This document shows, in pieces, positions 1-14,795 of a stretch of 64,000 nt of DNA. Source of the stretch: Octopus sinensis (lineage: Eukaryota); contig NC_043001.1 in assembly GCF_006345805.1 (NCBI RefSeq), positions 119,598,001 through 119,662,000 of the forward strand. The letters are read 5' to 3'. The translations under genes were made by a program, and so were the position numbers. The notes beneath the pieces were generated by a model that was not told where the DNA came from, made no database searches, and worked only from the letters and a program-made list of their open reading frames with translations. Position 1 is the first letter of the stretch. Every line of letters begins with the position of its first letter.

Positions 1-1535
1 ATCGAACCTGGATGGTTGATATGCGAGGCAGAGTCATTTTGCGTTTTGAGTTGAAATCGAAACTAAAAGGGACGCATTAAATTATCACAAGGTATCATGT
101 CCATATCCGGTCATCCAGTATTCCGATAATAATAGTAATGATAGCACAAGGTCAAAAGTTTGTGGAATGGGTAAGCATCAATCAAATTGATTTGGTGCAT
201 ACCTGATACTTATTTTATAAATCCATGAGGAAAGAAAAATAAAGACAGTTTCAGTAAAATTTGAACTCGGAAGTAACGGAGCTGTCCCACTTTACGTTTG
301 TTCATAGAATCTCGATAACATTAATACCTGTAATATTCTATGGTAAATCAAGTCAATAATTGGCCTCGGGCCTAAGTAAGAAAGCATTATTTTATTTCTG
401 CGTACTGAATTCAATTTAACTCTTTTTCATCGTTCATGATTCATGGCTGTTTTTGACATGTACTTTCCTAATTTAAACTTCTCTCTACTGAGTGCTTTCA
501 ACAATTTCTTCAGAAACTGCATCATAACTACATTAACCGGGCTAAAACCTCAACCAGGGAAAGAAAGAAAAAATAGTATTAGTCAAAGTTTATTCTTATT
601 TCTTGTTCTCCGCAATAAACTGGTTGCGTTATATTGATTTCGAAGCCTCGTGCGTTCAAGAAGTGCGCAGACGAAACAGCTTAATTAGCATTTGAAATTT
701 TAATTCTGAAAACCATTTCCTTTCGAACAATCAGACAAGTTAATACAAAATCATATCCGCTATTTTTTTATACATCAACTTAATAGAAAATTCCTTCATT
801 TTATTTCTAAAACAAACTGTTCGCTCTCTTTGTCTTTGGGTCATTTTCATGATAAAGACAAGGAAATAAAAAATCAATTCTTTAGTTGAAATATTCAAAC
901 ACCCTCAGGCAACAAAAGCTTATTTATTTTTGTCTTCTGAAATCTATTTGCATTTATTATTATTTATTTTTTTACGATAGTACGAGTCAGAAATTTTGCA
1001 ATCTAACAACAGTTAAAATAGGTGATCATGCATTAAAAAAGTGATGATAATAGTGTTAAAAATACATTGGAAATATATTATAACACACTGAGTGTTTATA
1101 TACCTTTCATTAAATCCGTCTTTATGAGAAAATAGTAGATTTTAAAAAAATCTACCTCTCTCAAAATTGCGAACAAACTCGATTGAATTAATATAGATAT
1201 GAAAATTTCAATTTTGGTGGGGAAAAAAGTAATTGTTTAATGCTTTTTCATTTCAAAAGGAATAAAAATGCAAATGAAGTCAATGAACTCCAACAAAGTT
1301 TCATACAACAAACTAATTTTTCTTAGCAAATTTATTGTTCTACTACTTTTTAACTAGCAGCCACATGATTAAGTTTTTAATTTTGGTATGTTACTCCAAC
1401 AATAAACCCAGAATAAGTTTGGCTAGGGTTTCGATATAATGACTCACTTCATATAGACTAGATTACCTCTAAAGTACACAAGGACACACACTCACATACA
1501 CACACACAGCACACACACACACACACACATACACA

Positions 1536-1571
<36 letters not shown>

Positions 1572-1981
1572 AGTACATTGATAATATTCATGGCTCGGAA
1601 GCGAAGTGTTCCACCAAGTAAAATATGGAACGTTTTTGACAAGGCCACGATTTAATCAACCGATGCTCGCAAACGGAGTCCTTTTGTATACGAGAAACTG
1701 CACAAATAGCAAGAGCCGGTTGTATCTCTCAATTTAATAACACTCGATCAAATTTTACTGAAAATTTAATTCCATTAAAGGTTCTAAGAATTATCCATTG
1801 CACCAATTGCTTCATATCCAACAGCTATCATCTCTTGACGGAATACAGATTGTACCACACGAGCCAAATTAGTCAATGAGAAAGAGCTCCACACATTATA
1901 CAATAAGAATCAGCTTTATTTATAGACCGCGACAGCAATATTGGTCAGTATCATGCGTCCAACAATAAGTTTTAAGTTATT

Positions 1982-2182
1982 GAAAAGTTAGCACGCTAGG
2001 CAAAATGCTTAGCAGTATTTCGTCTGTCTTTACGTTCTGAGTTCAAATTACGCCGAGGTCGATTTTTGCCTTTCATCCTTTCAGGGTCGATAAATTAAGT
2101 ACCAGTTGCATACTGCGGTCGGTCTAATCTATCGGCTCCCTCCCTCAAAATTCCGGGCCTTGTACCCAGAGTAGAAAAGAAT
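1982..2182 (+). mobile_element. tRNA-derived SINE, family A (5' slightly truncated)
   Basis: B-box-like GAGTTCAAAT. Body GTCGA-TTTTTGCCTTTCATCCTTTCAGGGTCGATAAATTAAGTACCAGTT and tail CGGGCCTTGTACCCAGAGTAGAAAAGA recur many times in the window. Confidence 0.85.
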
Positions 2183-2241
2183 AAATTTTAAGTTATGAAA
2201 TTCTGGATGGTATTATTAAATTAAAATATTAAAAATTTACG

Positions 2242-2458
<217 letters not shown>

Positions 2459-2459
2459 A

Positions 2460-2810
2460 ACACTGGCCGCCCGAAGCTGGGGTACAGGGACGTGTGCAGG
2501 AGGGATATGAAGGCATCAACAACAATTCCGGGGAGGATCTCGCGGCCGACCGAACCAGCTGGAGAGGCGCTCTTAAACAAACAACTGCAGACCGGCGAAG
2601 AGAATTTGAGCGTGGCGGCAGCTGAAAACCGAACCCGCACAAAAGAAATGACAGCCAACAGACCGGGTTCAACGTACAGGTGCGACCTCTGCAAACGAGA
2701 CTGCTACTCTCGCATCGGTCTCTACAGCCAAAGGAGGCGTTGGAAAAATTGAATAGACAACTCAACGGATGGATGACATCATCCATGGTCAGCCATGACC
2801 GACGGAGGCC

Positions 2811-2811
<1 letters not shown>
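2460..2811 (+). mobile_element. RTE-clade LINE 3' end (5'-truncated, BovB-like)
   Basis: Translates as GRPKLGYRDVCRRDMKA ... YRCDLCKRDCYSRIGLYSQ, the RTE ORF2 C-terminus with a zinc-finger remnant. A short 3' UTR and (TA)n follow. Confidence 0.85.
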
Positions 2812-2877
<66 letters not shown>

Positions 2878-3095
2878 GTATATGTATTGAGTGTTTGTAT
2901 ACTTATGCGCACTCAATGCACATAGATTGGTCGGTTGGTTGGTGGATGTTCAAAACGAAAGATAGCATTCAGCACATGAGAAGCTTAAGTGTCCTTTTAT
3001 TCACATTTTGATTCAGTAGTGCACTACTACATATTCTTAAATTGCCTATGATTTGTGATATGCATATACGTATGTATATATATCTGTGGGTATGT

Positions 3096-3212
<117 letters not shown>

Positions 3213-3499
3213 TTTATGTATTTGTTTAGCAAAGTTCTTAATGTGAAATCGTGTTGAAACAGATACTGTTATATTATAGTGCTTGTATTTAATTAGCAAA
3301 GTATGACTATCCCCAAGTTTAACAATATATGTATATACATATGTATATATATATATGTAAACAACATGAAGTACGAAAACAAATGAGTTAAATACACAAA
3401 CAACGAGAGCAAAAATAATGGAAAACGGCACTTAAACACAGAAAATGACCCTTTATCAATTGTCGGCTTTCTATCGACTCCTCATTTCGGCATATGCAT

Positions 3500-3935
3500 A
3501 CATATATGTTTGTAAATGTATGTATGTATGTATGTATGTATGTATGCATGTATGTATGTATTTATGTATGTATGTATGTATGTATGTATGTATGTATGTA
3601 TGTATGTATGTATGTATGTATGTGTGTATGCATGTATATGCATGTATGTATGTATGTATGTATGTATGTATGTGTGTATGTATGTATATATGCATGTATG
3701 TATGTATGTATGTATGTATGTATGCGTGTATGTATGTATGTATGTATGTATGTATGTATGTATGTATATATGTATGTATGTATGTATGTATGTGTGTATG
3801 TATGTATGTATGTATGTATGTATGTATGTATGTATGTATGTATGTATGTATGTATGTATGTGTATGTATGTATGTATGTATGTATGTGTGTATGTATGTA
3901 TGTATGTATGTATGTATGTATGCATGTATGTATCC
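3500..3935. repeat. (ATGT)n microsatellite
   Basis: Seen directly; explains the MYVC/HTYI ORFs. Confidence 0.97.
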
Positions 3936-4117
3936 ATACCCAAAAGTTACCAACTGGGTTGAAACCTACACATTTTTATTAAATTACCCTTAATTAACAT
4001 GCAAAAATAGTATTTGGTATTTACATACGTTGTAGCTTTTGACACATCTTGCGTGTATATATACATATACATATATATGTATATGCACACACACACACAC
4101 ACACGCACACATATATA

Positions 4118-4190
<73 letters not shown>

Positions 4191-4278
4191 TACTACTAAT
4201 ATAGGATAAATTTTTTTCAGAAAAAATTTCATCAAAAGTGGCAGCATATTAAAATACCTTTAAAGGTTAAAATTATAA

Positions 4279-4743
4279 ACAACTTATAAACAAGGGCAAC
4301 AGAAAAATTATTTCTATGCCAATATGCTGAGAACAGGCTTTAAATCGTCAATTTCCACATTTCATTATACATTCACTATAAATACACGTCGTGCTGAAAT
4401 CGAGGAAATCGAGCTAACAGAATTTTTTTTTAAAGTTCGTTATTTCTATATTGAATCATTTTCGGGATTAATCCTACGGATTCTTCCCTCTTCATTAAAA
4501 AATACGATTTCTTATCGTATTTTCTACTGAAGAGGGAAAAATCCATAGGCCTAATCCTGAAATTGATTCAATATAGAAATAACAAACTTTTTTTTTAAAT
4601 TCTGTTAGCTAGCTTTTTTCGATTTCAGCACGACGTGTATTTATAGTGAATGTATAATGAAATGTGGAAATTGACGATTTAAAGCCTGTTATCAGCATAT
4701 TGGCATAGAAATAATTTTTCTTTTGCCCTTGTTTATAAGTTGT
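4279..4743. repeat. 465-bp fold-back palindrome, probably head-to-head Penelope-type terminal repeats
   Basis: Arm 4279-4508 is the near reverse complement of arm 4514-4743, with a 5-nt loop TTCTT. Each arm carries a hammerhead motif. (TA)n lies at the right end. Confidence 0.9.
4521..4579 (+). ncRNA. Type I hammerhead ribozyme motif
   Basis: Stem I TTTCTA(4521-26)/TAGAAA(4574-79); CTGAAGA 4527-33; stem II GGGA/TCCT; GAAA 4559-62; stem III TTGA-T-TCAA; cleavage triplet ATA 4571-73. Confidence 0.7.
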
Positions 4744-4845
4744 ATATATATATAGGTGGTGCTATTAAGTTAGACATGGCCTGGACCAATCTCTGGTCGA
4801 AACATATCTAAGTTTTTGTCTAAGTTTATATATATATATATATAT

Positions 4846-6108
4846 ATGGGTTGGATAAAATAATGGAAACAGCTACAAAATTCAAACATATTCATTTTAA
4901 TATGGGGTAGGACCATCTTTGGCAGTAATTGCAGCTTGAATTCTACGAGGTATAAATTCGTACAAAGTTTGAATTTTTTCCAAAGTGATTTTTGTCCGTT
5001 CTTCAGCTTAAACATTCTCTAGTTCTTGTAGTGATGGTGGAGGTTACCGACTCATTTGGTTTTTTCTAAAATGCCTCATAAATATTCAATAATATTGAGA
5101 TCCGGGGACTGTGGTGGACAGATAATATGCTCAATTTCAGTAGAATGTTCCTTGCGTCATTCAGCAAAAACTTTAGCTGTGTGAATTGGTGCATTATCAT
5201 CCTGAAAGATTGCGTTTCCTTCCGGAAACAGTTCCGGAACCAGAGGATGAATTTGATCAGATAAAATGCTTAAATGGTCTTGATTATTAATTCTGCTATG
5301 AGGGAAAACCATTTGACGGGCGGATTTCTCAAGATATGGTCCCCCACCCCAATCATCACAGATCCCCCTGCATGTTTAACACTTGGAAGAAGGCAGTCTG
5401 AGTCAAATGCTTCTTTTGGCTGTCTCCGCACGGGTCGTCGGCCGGTGGTCGGAAATAAGGTAAAGGATGACTTATCCGAGAAAATAACATTCTTCCACTG
5501 CTCTAAGGACAAGTCCTGTATGTTTTTACTCCACTCCAAACGCTTTACAACGTTTGTTTTTGAAAGTATGGTTTTCTGATTGCAGCCTTCCTGTGAAATC
5601 TGGCTTTGTGCAACTCCTGGCAAACAGCTTTTGTGGAAATTGGGTTCTCGAGGTGGTCATTAAGCTCTGCAGTAATTTTGGGAGCTGTACTTTTGTGATC
5701 CTTTTTAACAATTCGCATAAGAGTCCGATGGTCCCTATCTGAAAGTTTTGGTTTTCTTCCGGAGTTTTGTTTCGACGAGGAGCTTTTTCCCTCTTACTCA
5801 AAGGCTGTCATTACTTTCGTGACAGTACTTCTTGATACACCAAACATTTCGGCTGTTTTCGTTACACTAGCGCCTGCCATACGAGCAGCCACAATTTGAT
5901 CTTTTTGAAAGTCCGATAGACCTGTCGTTTTAATGAATTTTAATTACCTTTCTCTGATGATATCTGGAAAGAAGCAGCAATTTTAGCAAAACATGTTAAG
6001 CGACACTAACAATAAATCAAAAACATAAAAATAAACAAGCTTTTGACGGTTTTATGCATATTTCAAAATTATGATGCTAGGTGTTTCCAGTATTTTGTTC
6101 AACCACTG
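4846..6108 (-). mobile_element. Decayed Tc1-like DNA transposon with a frameshifted DD34E transposase
   Basis: Minus-strand motifs WKNVIFSDK, VKHAGGSVMI, FQDDNAPIHT, SPDLNIIEYL and IPRRIQAAITAKDGPTPY*. Degenerate TIRs GGTTGGATAAAATAATGGAAACAGCT and AGGTGTTTCCAGTATTTTGTTCAACCACTG. TA or (TA)n on both flanks. Confidence 0.92.
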
Positions 6109-6112
6109 TAGT

Positions 6113-6177
<65 letters not shown>

Positions 6178-8309
6178 AAGATATATAGCAAGCCAAGAGG
6201 TTTCCTGCAAACTTAACATCAAAAGAATTATTTTATTTTCATTTTTCCGTTTAGCTACCATTATTCCCGTTCGAAATGTAGCACACGTACATTCTCGTTT
6301 TCTTTTCCTTTTCTTTTCTTTTTTTTTTGTGTTTTCAGAAGTTATTATTATTTTTGTATTTTTTACATTATTCATTATATATGTTATATAAGTGGAATTT
6401 TCTCTTCGGAATTCATCCTTCATAGATCCTATTTCCCTGTTATGACAGATCACATCATCAGACCCTCTTCTTCTTCTTCGATCTATCACTCCTACTGCCG
6501 TTGCTGCTATTACTGTTGACTTTCACCAGCCAATTTAAGCAGCGATCAAAATCTTTTTCAAACTATGATATTCTATTTTGGGTTTACTTTGAAATAAGAA
6601 AAGAAGAAAAATAATAATTGTTTATCTTTCCGCGAGAATTTAGATCTGTCAAGTGGAATATTTTTATATTTTTCATGGTATTTTACTTTATAACATAATA
6701 ATAATAATAAAATTCTTATGGAATAAATAATATTCCAGTTTATTTTTTCTTTTGCTTCAATACTGGGTGATGCATTATCATTTTTATCTATTCTTTAAAC
6801 ATACTTTCACACCCAAATTTTCTTTTTCCTTCGTTTAATATTTTTGTTGCGTTTTATTCATCTTTTTGCTGTCTATATTCTGTGTAGAATTCCTGCTTGT
6901 GTAAGTGTGTGCACGTTTGTATGTGTGAGAGAGAGAGAGGAAGAAAGAGAGAGAGAGGGGGAGCGAAAGTGAGAAAACGTTTCGGTGTACAAACAGTAGA
7001 AAAAGTACTAACTACATAAAGCAGAATTTTATATTTTAAAACATTTTATATTTTAGAAACCGAGAATTCGCAGCGATTTAATTTAAGTTTCATGTTGCCA
7101 CCTGTCAATTTGGCCACACACACACACACACACATACATACATATATATATATATATATACACGCACGCACGCACATACACATCACACATATTTATATAT
7201 ATGCATTTGTATTATGTATATTATACAGATCCAAATCAGGTTTTAAGCAATAATATTTGGTTTTGCCAGATGATTTGGTTAACATCGAGATCCGTCTTAT
7301 ATTTATATTTCCAACTGAATACTGTAACCGTTATAGTAACAGTCATTGCAATAATGATCATCATCACTTTGGCTACTTCCCTTCGAGAATACGGACTCAA
7401 ATTAGCTATAGTGGCAAACTAGAAAGTACTCCAGTGACTATGTCGACCCCGTATAAAGATTTCATTGAATCTAATCACAAATTTTTATCAGTTGTTTTAA
7501 TTCGCAAAATCCCGCATGAACTTAAACTGTCTTTGTTGTTCTCTTCAAGAATTTCTTTACTGCGCTTTTGGATTTGTTTGTCTCACAATTCTGGTGATAT
7601 CTGTTGATTCCCTCCTCCAACTCCAATTTGGCTTTATATTATATATCATGTAAGAAGAAAACAAACGAAAAGTGCAAGGAGCGTCAATAATCTCAACTGA
7701 TCATTTTCAAAACGTATGGACATGGGAATTCTCTACATTCGAGATCAGAATGACTACAAGACGACTATTCCATCATCTGATTTTCTTGAATGTAGCCTTG
7801 ACAAGGTGAAGTTGATATCAGGTAGTGTCCAATGATCATTGAGTATTTCGACCCTGAGCCGTAGTACCATCTCGGGGATAGGTTGGCAGAGGTGGTCAAA
7901 TCCCTGCTTATATTGTCCTGGCTTCCAGGTTCACTTTTCTCTCCCTCTCTTGCTTTGTAACCAGCAACAATGTCGTGTAGCCTCCCCTATCCTGCGAGCT
8001 GCTGCATCTCCTTTCGTCTTGTTATTCCAAAGTAACAGGAAGAGAAAAAAGGTACCAGATAGTCGTATCTATGTGTTATACATGTTACTCGGATAGCTGT
8101 ATAACGTCCTTTGTACTGTCTGTCTTTCCTTTATTTATTTATATATTCATTTATTTATTTATTTACTACTTTCTTTACTAGTATAAGCAGAGGAAGGAAA
8201 CAGTGTTGATGGCCTTTGTAAGCCACCCTATAATAGGGATATCTGTGCGATTTTCAAAGTATAGGAAAATTCTGAAAGCACTCTTCGGTATATTTTCAGA
8301 AATATGTAA

Positions 8310-8737
8310 TTATACTAAATGGCATATCGTGTAATCGAACACCATCGGCCAGATATTGTCATATTGAATAAGAGAGACAAATACTGTCAGATCGTTGATG
8401 TAGCCATACCAAATGACATGAATGTTGTGAGTAAAGAGGTTGAAAAAAATCACCAACTGCTCCGAACTGAAAGTGGAAATGGCAAGACTATGGAATGCGA
8501 GATGATAATGTAAAAGTGGTACAAGTGGTGATTGGAGCACTGTGCTCAATCCCACCGAAACTTCGAAACTTCTTAAGGCAACTGGAAATCCCATGCAAGA
8601 CTGATATTTTGCAAAAAGCAGTCTTATTGGGCACACACGCTCATCTTAAGCAATGTATTATACGTCTCAGGTCCTTGTGGTGACTTGACAGACAACTTAA
8701 GATTTCGGTACATTTTTACCTACACTGTGTTACGAAG

Positions 8738-8738
<1 letters not shown>
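8310..8738 (+). mobile_element. R4/Dong-clade non-LTR retrotransposon 3' end (restriction-like endonuclease domain)
   Basis: RVIEHHRPDIVILNKRDKYCQIVDVAIP (PD..D-type RLE) then a frameshift to VVIGALCSIP..LQKAVLLGTHAHLKQ. The 3' UTR runs into (AAT)n. Confidence 0.88.
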
Positions 8739-8779
<41 letters not shown>

Positions 8780-8905
8780 TAATGCTAATAATAATAATAA
8801 TAATAATGCTAATAATAATAATAATAATGCTAATAATAATAATAATAATAATAATAATGCTAATAATAATAATGCTAATAATAATAATAATAATAATAAT
8901 AATGC

Positions 8906-8936
<31 letters not shown>

Positions 8937-9009
8937 TAATAATAATATAATAATATAATGCTAATAATAATAATAATAATAATAATGCTAATAATGATAA
9001 TAATAATGC

Positions 9010-9047
<38 letters not shown>

Positions 9048-9173
9048 CTAATAATAATAATAATGATAATAATAATAATAATGATAATAATAATGATAAT
9101 AATAATAATAATAATGATAATAACAATAATAATAATAATGATGATAATAATAATAATAATAATGATGATAATG

Positions 9174-9237
<64 letters not shown>

Positions 9238-9290
9238 TAATAATAATAATAATGATAATGATAATAATAATAATGATAATAATAATAATG

Positions 9291-9321
<31 letters not shown>

Positions 9322-9572
9322 TGATGATAATAATAATATATAATAATGATAATAATAATAATAATAATGATAATAATAATAATAATAATAATGATAATAA
9401 TAATAATAATGATAACAATAATGATAATAATAATAATAATGATAATAATAATATAATAATAATAATAAATAATAATGATGATAATGATAATAATAATAAT
9501 AATAATGATATAATAATAATAATAATAATGATAATAATAATAATAATAATAATGATAATAATAATAATGATA

Positions 9573-9603
<31 letters not shown>

Positions 9604-9633
9604 AATAATAATGATAATAATAATAATAAAATG

Positions 9634-9665
<32 letters not shown>

Positions 9666-9833
9666 AATAATATAATAATGATAATAATAATAATAATAAT
9701 AATAATGATAATAATAATAATAATGAATGATAATAATAATAATAATAATAATAATGAAATAATAATAATAATATGATAATAATAATAATAATAATGATGA
9801 TAATAATATAATAATAATAATAATATAATAATA

Positions 9834-9873
<40 letters not shown>
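8739..9873. repeat. Long (AAT)n/(GAT)/(GCT) compound trinucleotide tract
   Basis: Seen directly. Confidence 0.97.
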
Positions 9874-10965
<1,092 letters not shown>

Positions 10966-11029
10966 AATTATAATAATGATGATGATGTTTTTGTTTCTTT
11001 TTTACTTCTTCTTTTTAAAGTTCCAAGTA

Positions 11030-11720
11030 TTAACTACCTACGCATCCACACACCAACGATTTCTTTATGAATCGCATCGCTAATAATTATATTGGGTTTT
11101 TGTTTTCTTCTTCCAGCAAAGAGGGAAATTTTAATTAATTGCGTGTCTACTTTTGTTTTTCAAATTTTATTCTGTTGAGCAGAGCCCACTTGAATTATTG
11201 CCCCTTAGCTCACTTTTTTTATTCACAGACATTTTCTTTTATTGTGATTTTGTTGTGTTATATGGTTATTTCACTATCTACTTTCACTTTTAACTCTCCC
11301 TGAGTTTTAAGCATCATATTTTTACTTCTTTTCGTTTTTATTTCTGTTTGCCTCTTAGACTTCTTTTTATTTCTTCATTTTTACGCTAACAGCGATTGTT
11401 TTGGCACTTGTCTTAACCATTTTAGTATCTTCTTCGATCGTTTTATTCTAACTTTCAACGACTTTAATGCATTCATTCAAATATTTTAGTGCCATCACAG
11501 ACTAAGTGCTCATTTGTCTAAACTAGTTTTAGTACTTACTTTCCCGACTATTTACTACATCTTTTGTCTATTTTACTATCCCTCTAAATTGTTTTTAGTT
11601 TTAATACAGTTTATGAATCTCCGCGACTCTACCTCGCCTTCAACTACTATGCATTAACTATTTCTATATTCCTTTCATCTTCTTTTAATGTTCCGCCAAG
11701 CCAACAGCTGGTAGAAATGC
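11030..11720 (-). mobile_element. Possible decayed LINE 5' region (ORF1-like)
   Basis: Broken minus-strand frame ALKYLNECIKVVES*NKTIEEDTKMVKTSAKTIAVSVK ... NIIISDAIHKEIVGVW, loosely like coiled-coil/esterase ORF1s. Inference only. Confidence 0.3.
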
Positions 11721-12379
11721 TCAATTTCCAGGGAACCAAACTTGCAAAACAGTTTCTATTCTCGCTTAAACTATTTCCCTTGAATAATATCCGTCCTTAC
11801 GATTCTGACAATTGTCGTTGTTTATCCCGATATCAGCTTTGATAACGCAAACCTATGTTCAAAGGCATCCAATCCATAACCATCTCGTCTTTGTTTTCCT
11901 ATGCCATGGGCTACATTATCCAATATGCCATTTTTTTTAAAACAGTAGGGTGTGATTTAAGAGAAAATTGACTTCTATCTCTAATATAGCTAACAACTGC
12001 ATAGAAGCGCGCTCGTTGTTCATATTGACCATTAGGACCTATGTCCGGCTCAGCACATCTATCGCTAGATGGGTAACCAAGTTCTCTACACTGAAGAGCA
12101 CCTGTTTTGCTAATAACAGGGTGGTAAAAATTAGATTTACCATAATGGCTTGCTCTCTGTATATCGTAGACAGGTGAAGATTGCTTGGTAGTCCAACAGC
12201 GATTAAAAAGGGATTCATTTACATTATATGTGCTTTTTATTTCCTTTTCTTAATAGGTAAGCTTGGATTGAACTGTAAATATGTGGCGAACATTTTCTAC
12301 TGGACATATAACGTTAGGTTCCATGAAAATCGGAGGACAAACGTACTGTGAGAAAAACTGCGTATAAACGTTATCAGAT

Positions 12380-12610
12380 TTGGTGTGCAAGAGAGAAGAG
12401 GGATTTCCTGCACACGTGTTATGTATGGATAATTAGAGATGGGTGAAAAAAACAGCAAGCCATGCAAGATACGAAGACCAAAGGAGACACGCCAAGAAGT
12501 GATGAAAGCTGATCTGTGAACAGCAACAAGGGGTTCTACACTGTTAGAAAGGAACCATCAAGCTCATACAAACACAGAAAAACGATGTAAGATTATGATG
12601 ATGAGGAGAC
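12380..12610 (+). mobile_element. Degenerate RTE-type LINE 3' fragment
   Basis: GGTGTGCAAGAGAGAAGA..GTGTTATGTATGGAT..GAAGACCAAAGGAGACACG..GAAGTGATGAAAGCTGATCT resembles the RTE VQERRLRW.GHV.RM..GRP.KTW.EV.K.DL coding stretch. Confidence 0.45.
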
Positions 12611-12917
12611 GGATTTAACAGAGTAATTTTGTTCTGATATACAAAAATAATGTGAACATCGACGAAATGTGGATGCCTAATGTGAATTGATCTAACGGCT
12701 CATGTCCTTGCGGTACTGCAATCATCCCTATACCATAGAAGACAGTTTATGGTACAGTGGTAATAACACATGGACTTTAACCCCAGAGGCTTAGAAATGA
12801 TTCTGATCGGATTATAATTCATTACACTGACATTTATATTAGCCTTTTATTTCTACAAACACACACATACGATTCTTTGCCCCTGCCTCTCAAACATTCT
12901 ACCTCGTTCTCAATAAA

Positions 12918-13019
<102 letters not shown>

Positions 13020-13091
13020 CTATATATATATATACACACACATATATATATCTTCACACATACACACACATATATATGCACATATATATAT

Positions 13092-13132
<41 letters not shown>

Positions 13133-13200
13133 ATATATAGTAATAACATGACCACAAAAGAATGAATGAGACCTCGATGTATGTAAATAGAGGAATTTAT

Positions 13201-13312
13201 CTATAAATATAATATAGGACAATCATAATAAAACTCAGAGTTTCGGATGTCGGGGCTGAAGCTCTGAGATTTATTATGATAACTAACTGATTGTCCTATA
13301 TTATATTTATAG
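13201..13312. repeat. Imperfect fold-back carrying hammerhead 3'-half motifs
   Basis: Arms 13201-13245 and 13256-13312 pair, with a 10-nt indel. The minus strand reads GAAA-CTCTGAG-TT. Confidence 0.8.
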
Positions 13313-13378
13313 GCGTGTATATATATCAAACTATATATAATTGCGCACATACATATACATAAACACATATATATATAA

Positions 13379-13438
<60 letters not shown>

Positions 13439-13504
13439 TATACATACACACCTGTCTTCGTCTTTTATTTTTCTGTAAATTCCAACTATGTCTGTGTGTC
13501 TGTG

Positions 13505-13830
13505 TGATGCTGCGTGGCTTAGTGGTTCGGGCATTCGGCTCACGATCGTAAGCTCGTGAGTTCAATTCCAGCCGGCGACGCGTTGTGTCCTTGGACTAGA
13601 AACTTTATTTCACGTTGCTCCAGTTGACTCAGCTGGCAAAAATGAGAACTACCTGTGTTTCAAAGGGCCGGCCTTGTCACGCTTTGTGTCATGCTGAATC
13701 TCCCTGAGAACTACGTTAAGGGCACACGTGTCTGTGAAGTGCTCAGCCACTTGCACGTTAATTTCACGAGAAAGTTGTTCCATTGATCGTATCAGCTGGG
13801 ACCCTTGTCGTCGTAACCGACGGAGTGCTC
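13505..13830 (+). mobile_element. tRNA-derived SINE, family D
   Basis: A-box TGGCTTAGTGG, B-box GAGTTCAATTCC, then a GTTGTGTCCTTG..ACTTTATTTCACGTTGCTCCAG..CAGCTG central domain. Confidence 0.8.
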
Positions 13831-14179
13831 ATATATTTATATATATATATAATTATTCTCTCTTCCATGTGTGGAGTACTTTGTCTCGCATTCGTTTCTA
13901 CTATCATGAAATACGCACATAGTATTTTTATGTTTGTATTTTATCTGTTTATAAATACACATTGCGTCATCCTTGCTTATGATAACTTTCATCTATTTAT
14001 AAACATATGTGTGTTTACGCGTGTGTGTATGTATGTCTGAAATAGCCGTTTATATGTATTAACTTAATATGTATGCATATTTATAAACACATACACACAC
14101 ACACATATATGTATATATATATATGTATGCATATACAAATATAAATATAGCCTAAAACATACATACATATTTATATACA

Positions 14180-14261
14180 TTCATAAATACATATACATAC
14201 ATATCTGTATACATTCATAAATACTTAAATGCATAACTGCCTGCGTGTATACGTGCATACA

Positions 14262-14295
<34 letters not shown>

Positions 14296-14453
14296 CATAT
14301 ATACATACATACATGCATGCATACATACATACATACATACATATCTGCATGCATACATACATATATACATACATACATACATACATATATACATATATAC
14401 ATACATACATGCATGCATACATACATACATACATACATATCTGCATGCATACA

Positions 14454-14484
<31 letters not shown>

Positions 14485-14795
14485 CTGCATGCATACATAC
14501 ATCCATCCATCCATACACACATACATACATACATGCATACATACATACATACATACATCCATCCATCCATACACACATACATACATACATACATACATAC
14601 ATACATCCATCCATCCATACATACATACATATATACATACATACATACATACATACATACATACATACTTACATACATACATACATACATGCATACATAG
14701 ATACATACATGAATTCATACATACGTACATACATACGTACATACATACGTACATACATATCTGCATGCATGCATGCATGCATGCATGCATACATA
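14180..14795. repeat. (CATA)n/(CATG)/(CATC) microsatellite
   Basis: Seen directly. Confidence 0.95.

Noticed and set aside
5945-5975. CTGATGA..GAAA hammerhead-like string inside the Tc1 element
   Set aside because: Stem II is too short to form, and there is no stem III or stem I.
6450-6565. Possible minus-strand terminal exon FEKDFDRCLNWLVKVNSNSSNGSRSDRSKKKKRV*
   Set aside because: It is short with a weak acceptor, and there is no partner exon or recognisable homology. The same applies to AKLELEEGINRYHQNCETNKSKSAVKKFLKRTTKTV* near 7520-7635.
11822-12249. About 142-codon stop-free minus-strand frame without a start Met
   Set aside because: It has no motif or splice signals and appears to overlap non-coding repeat sequence. 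About one such frame is expected by chance in a window this size (rough estimate).
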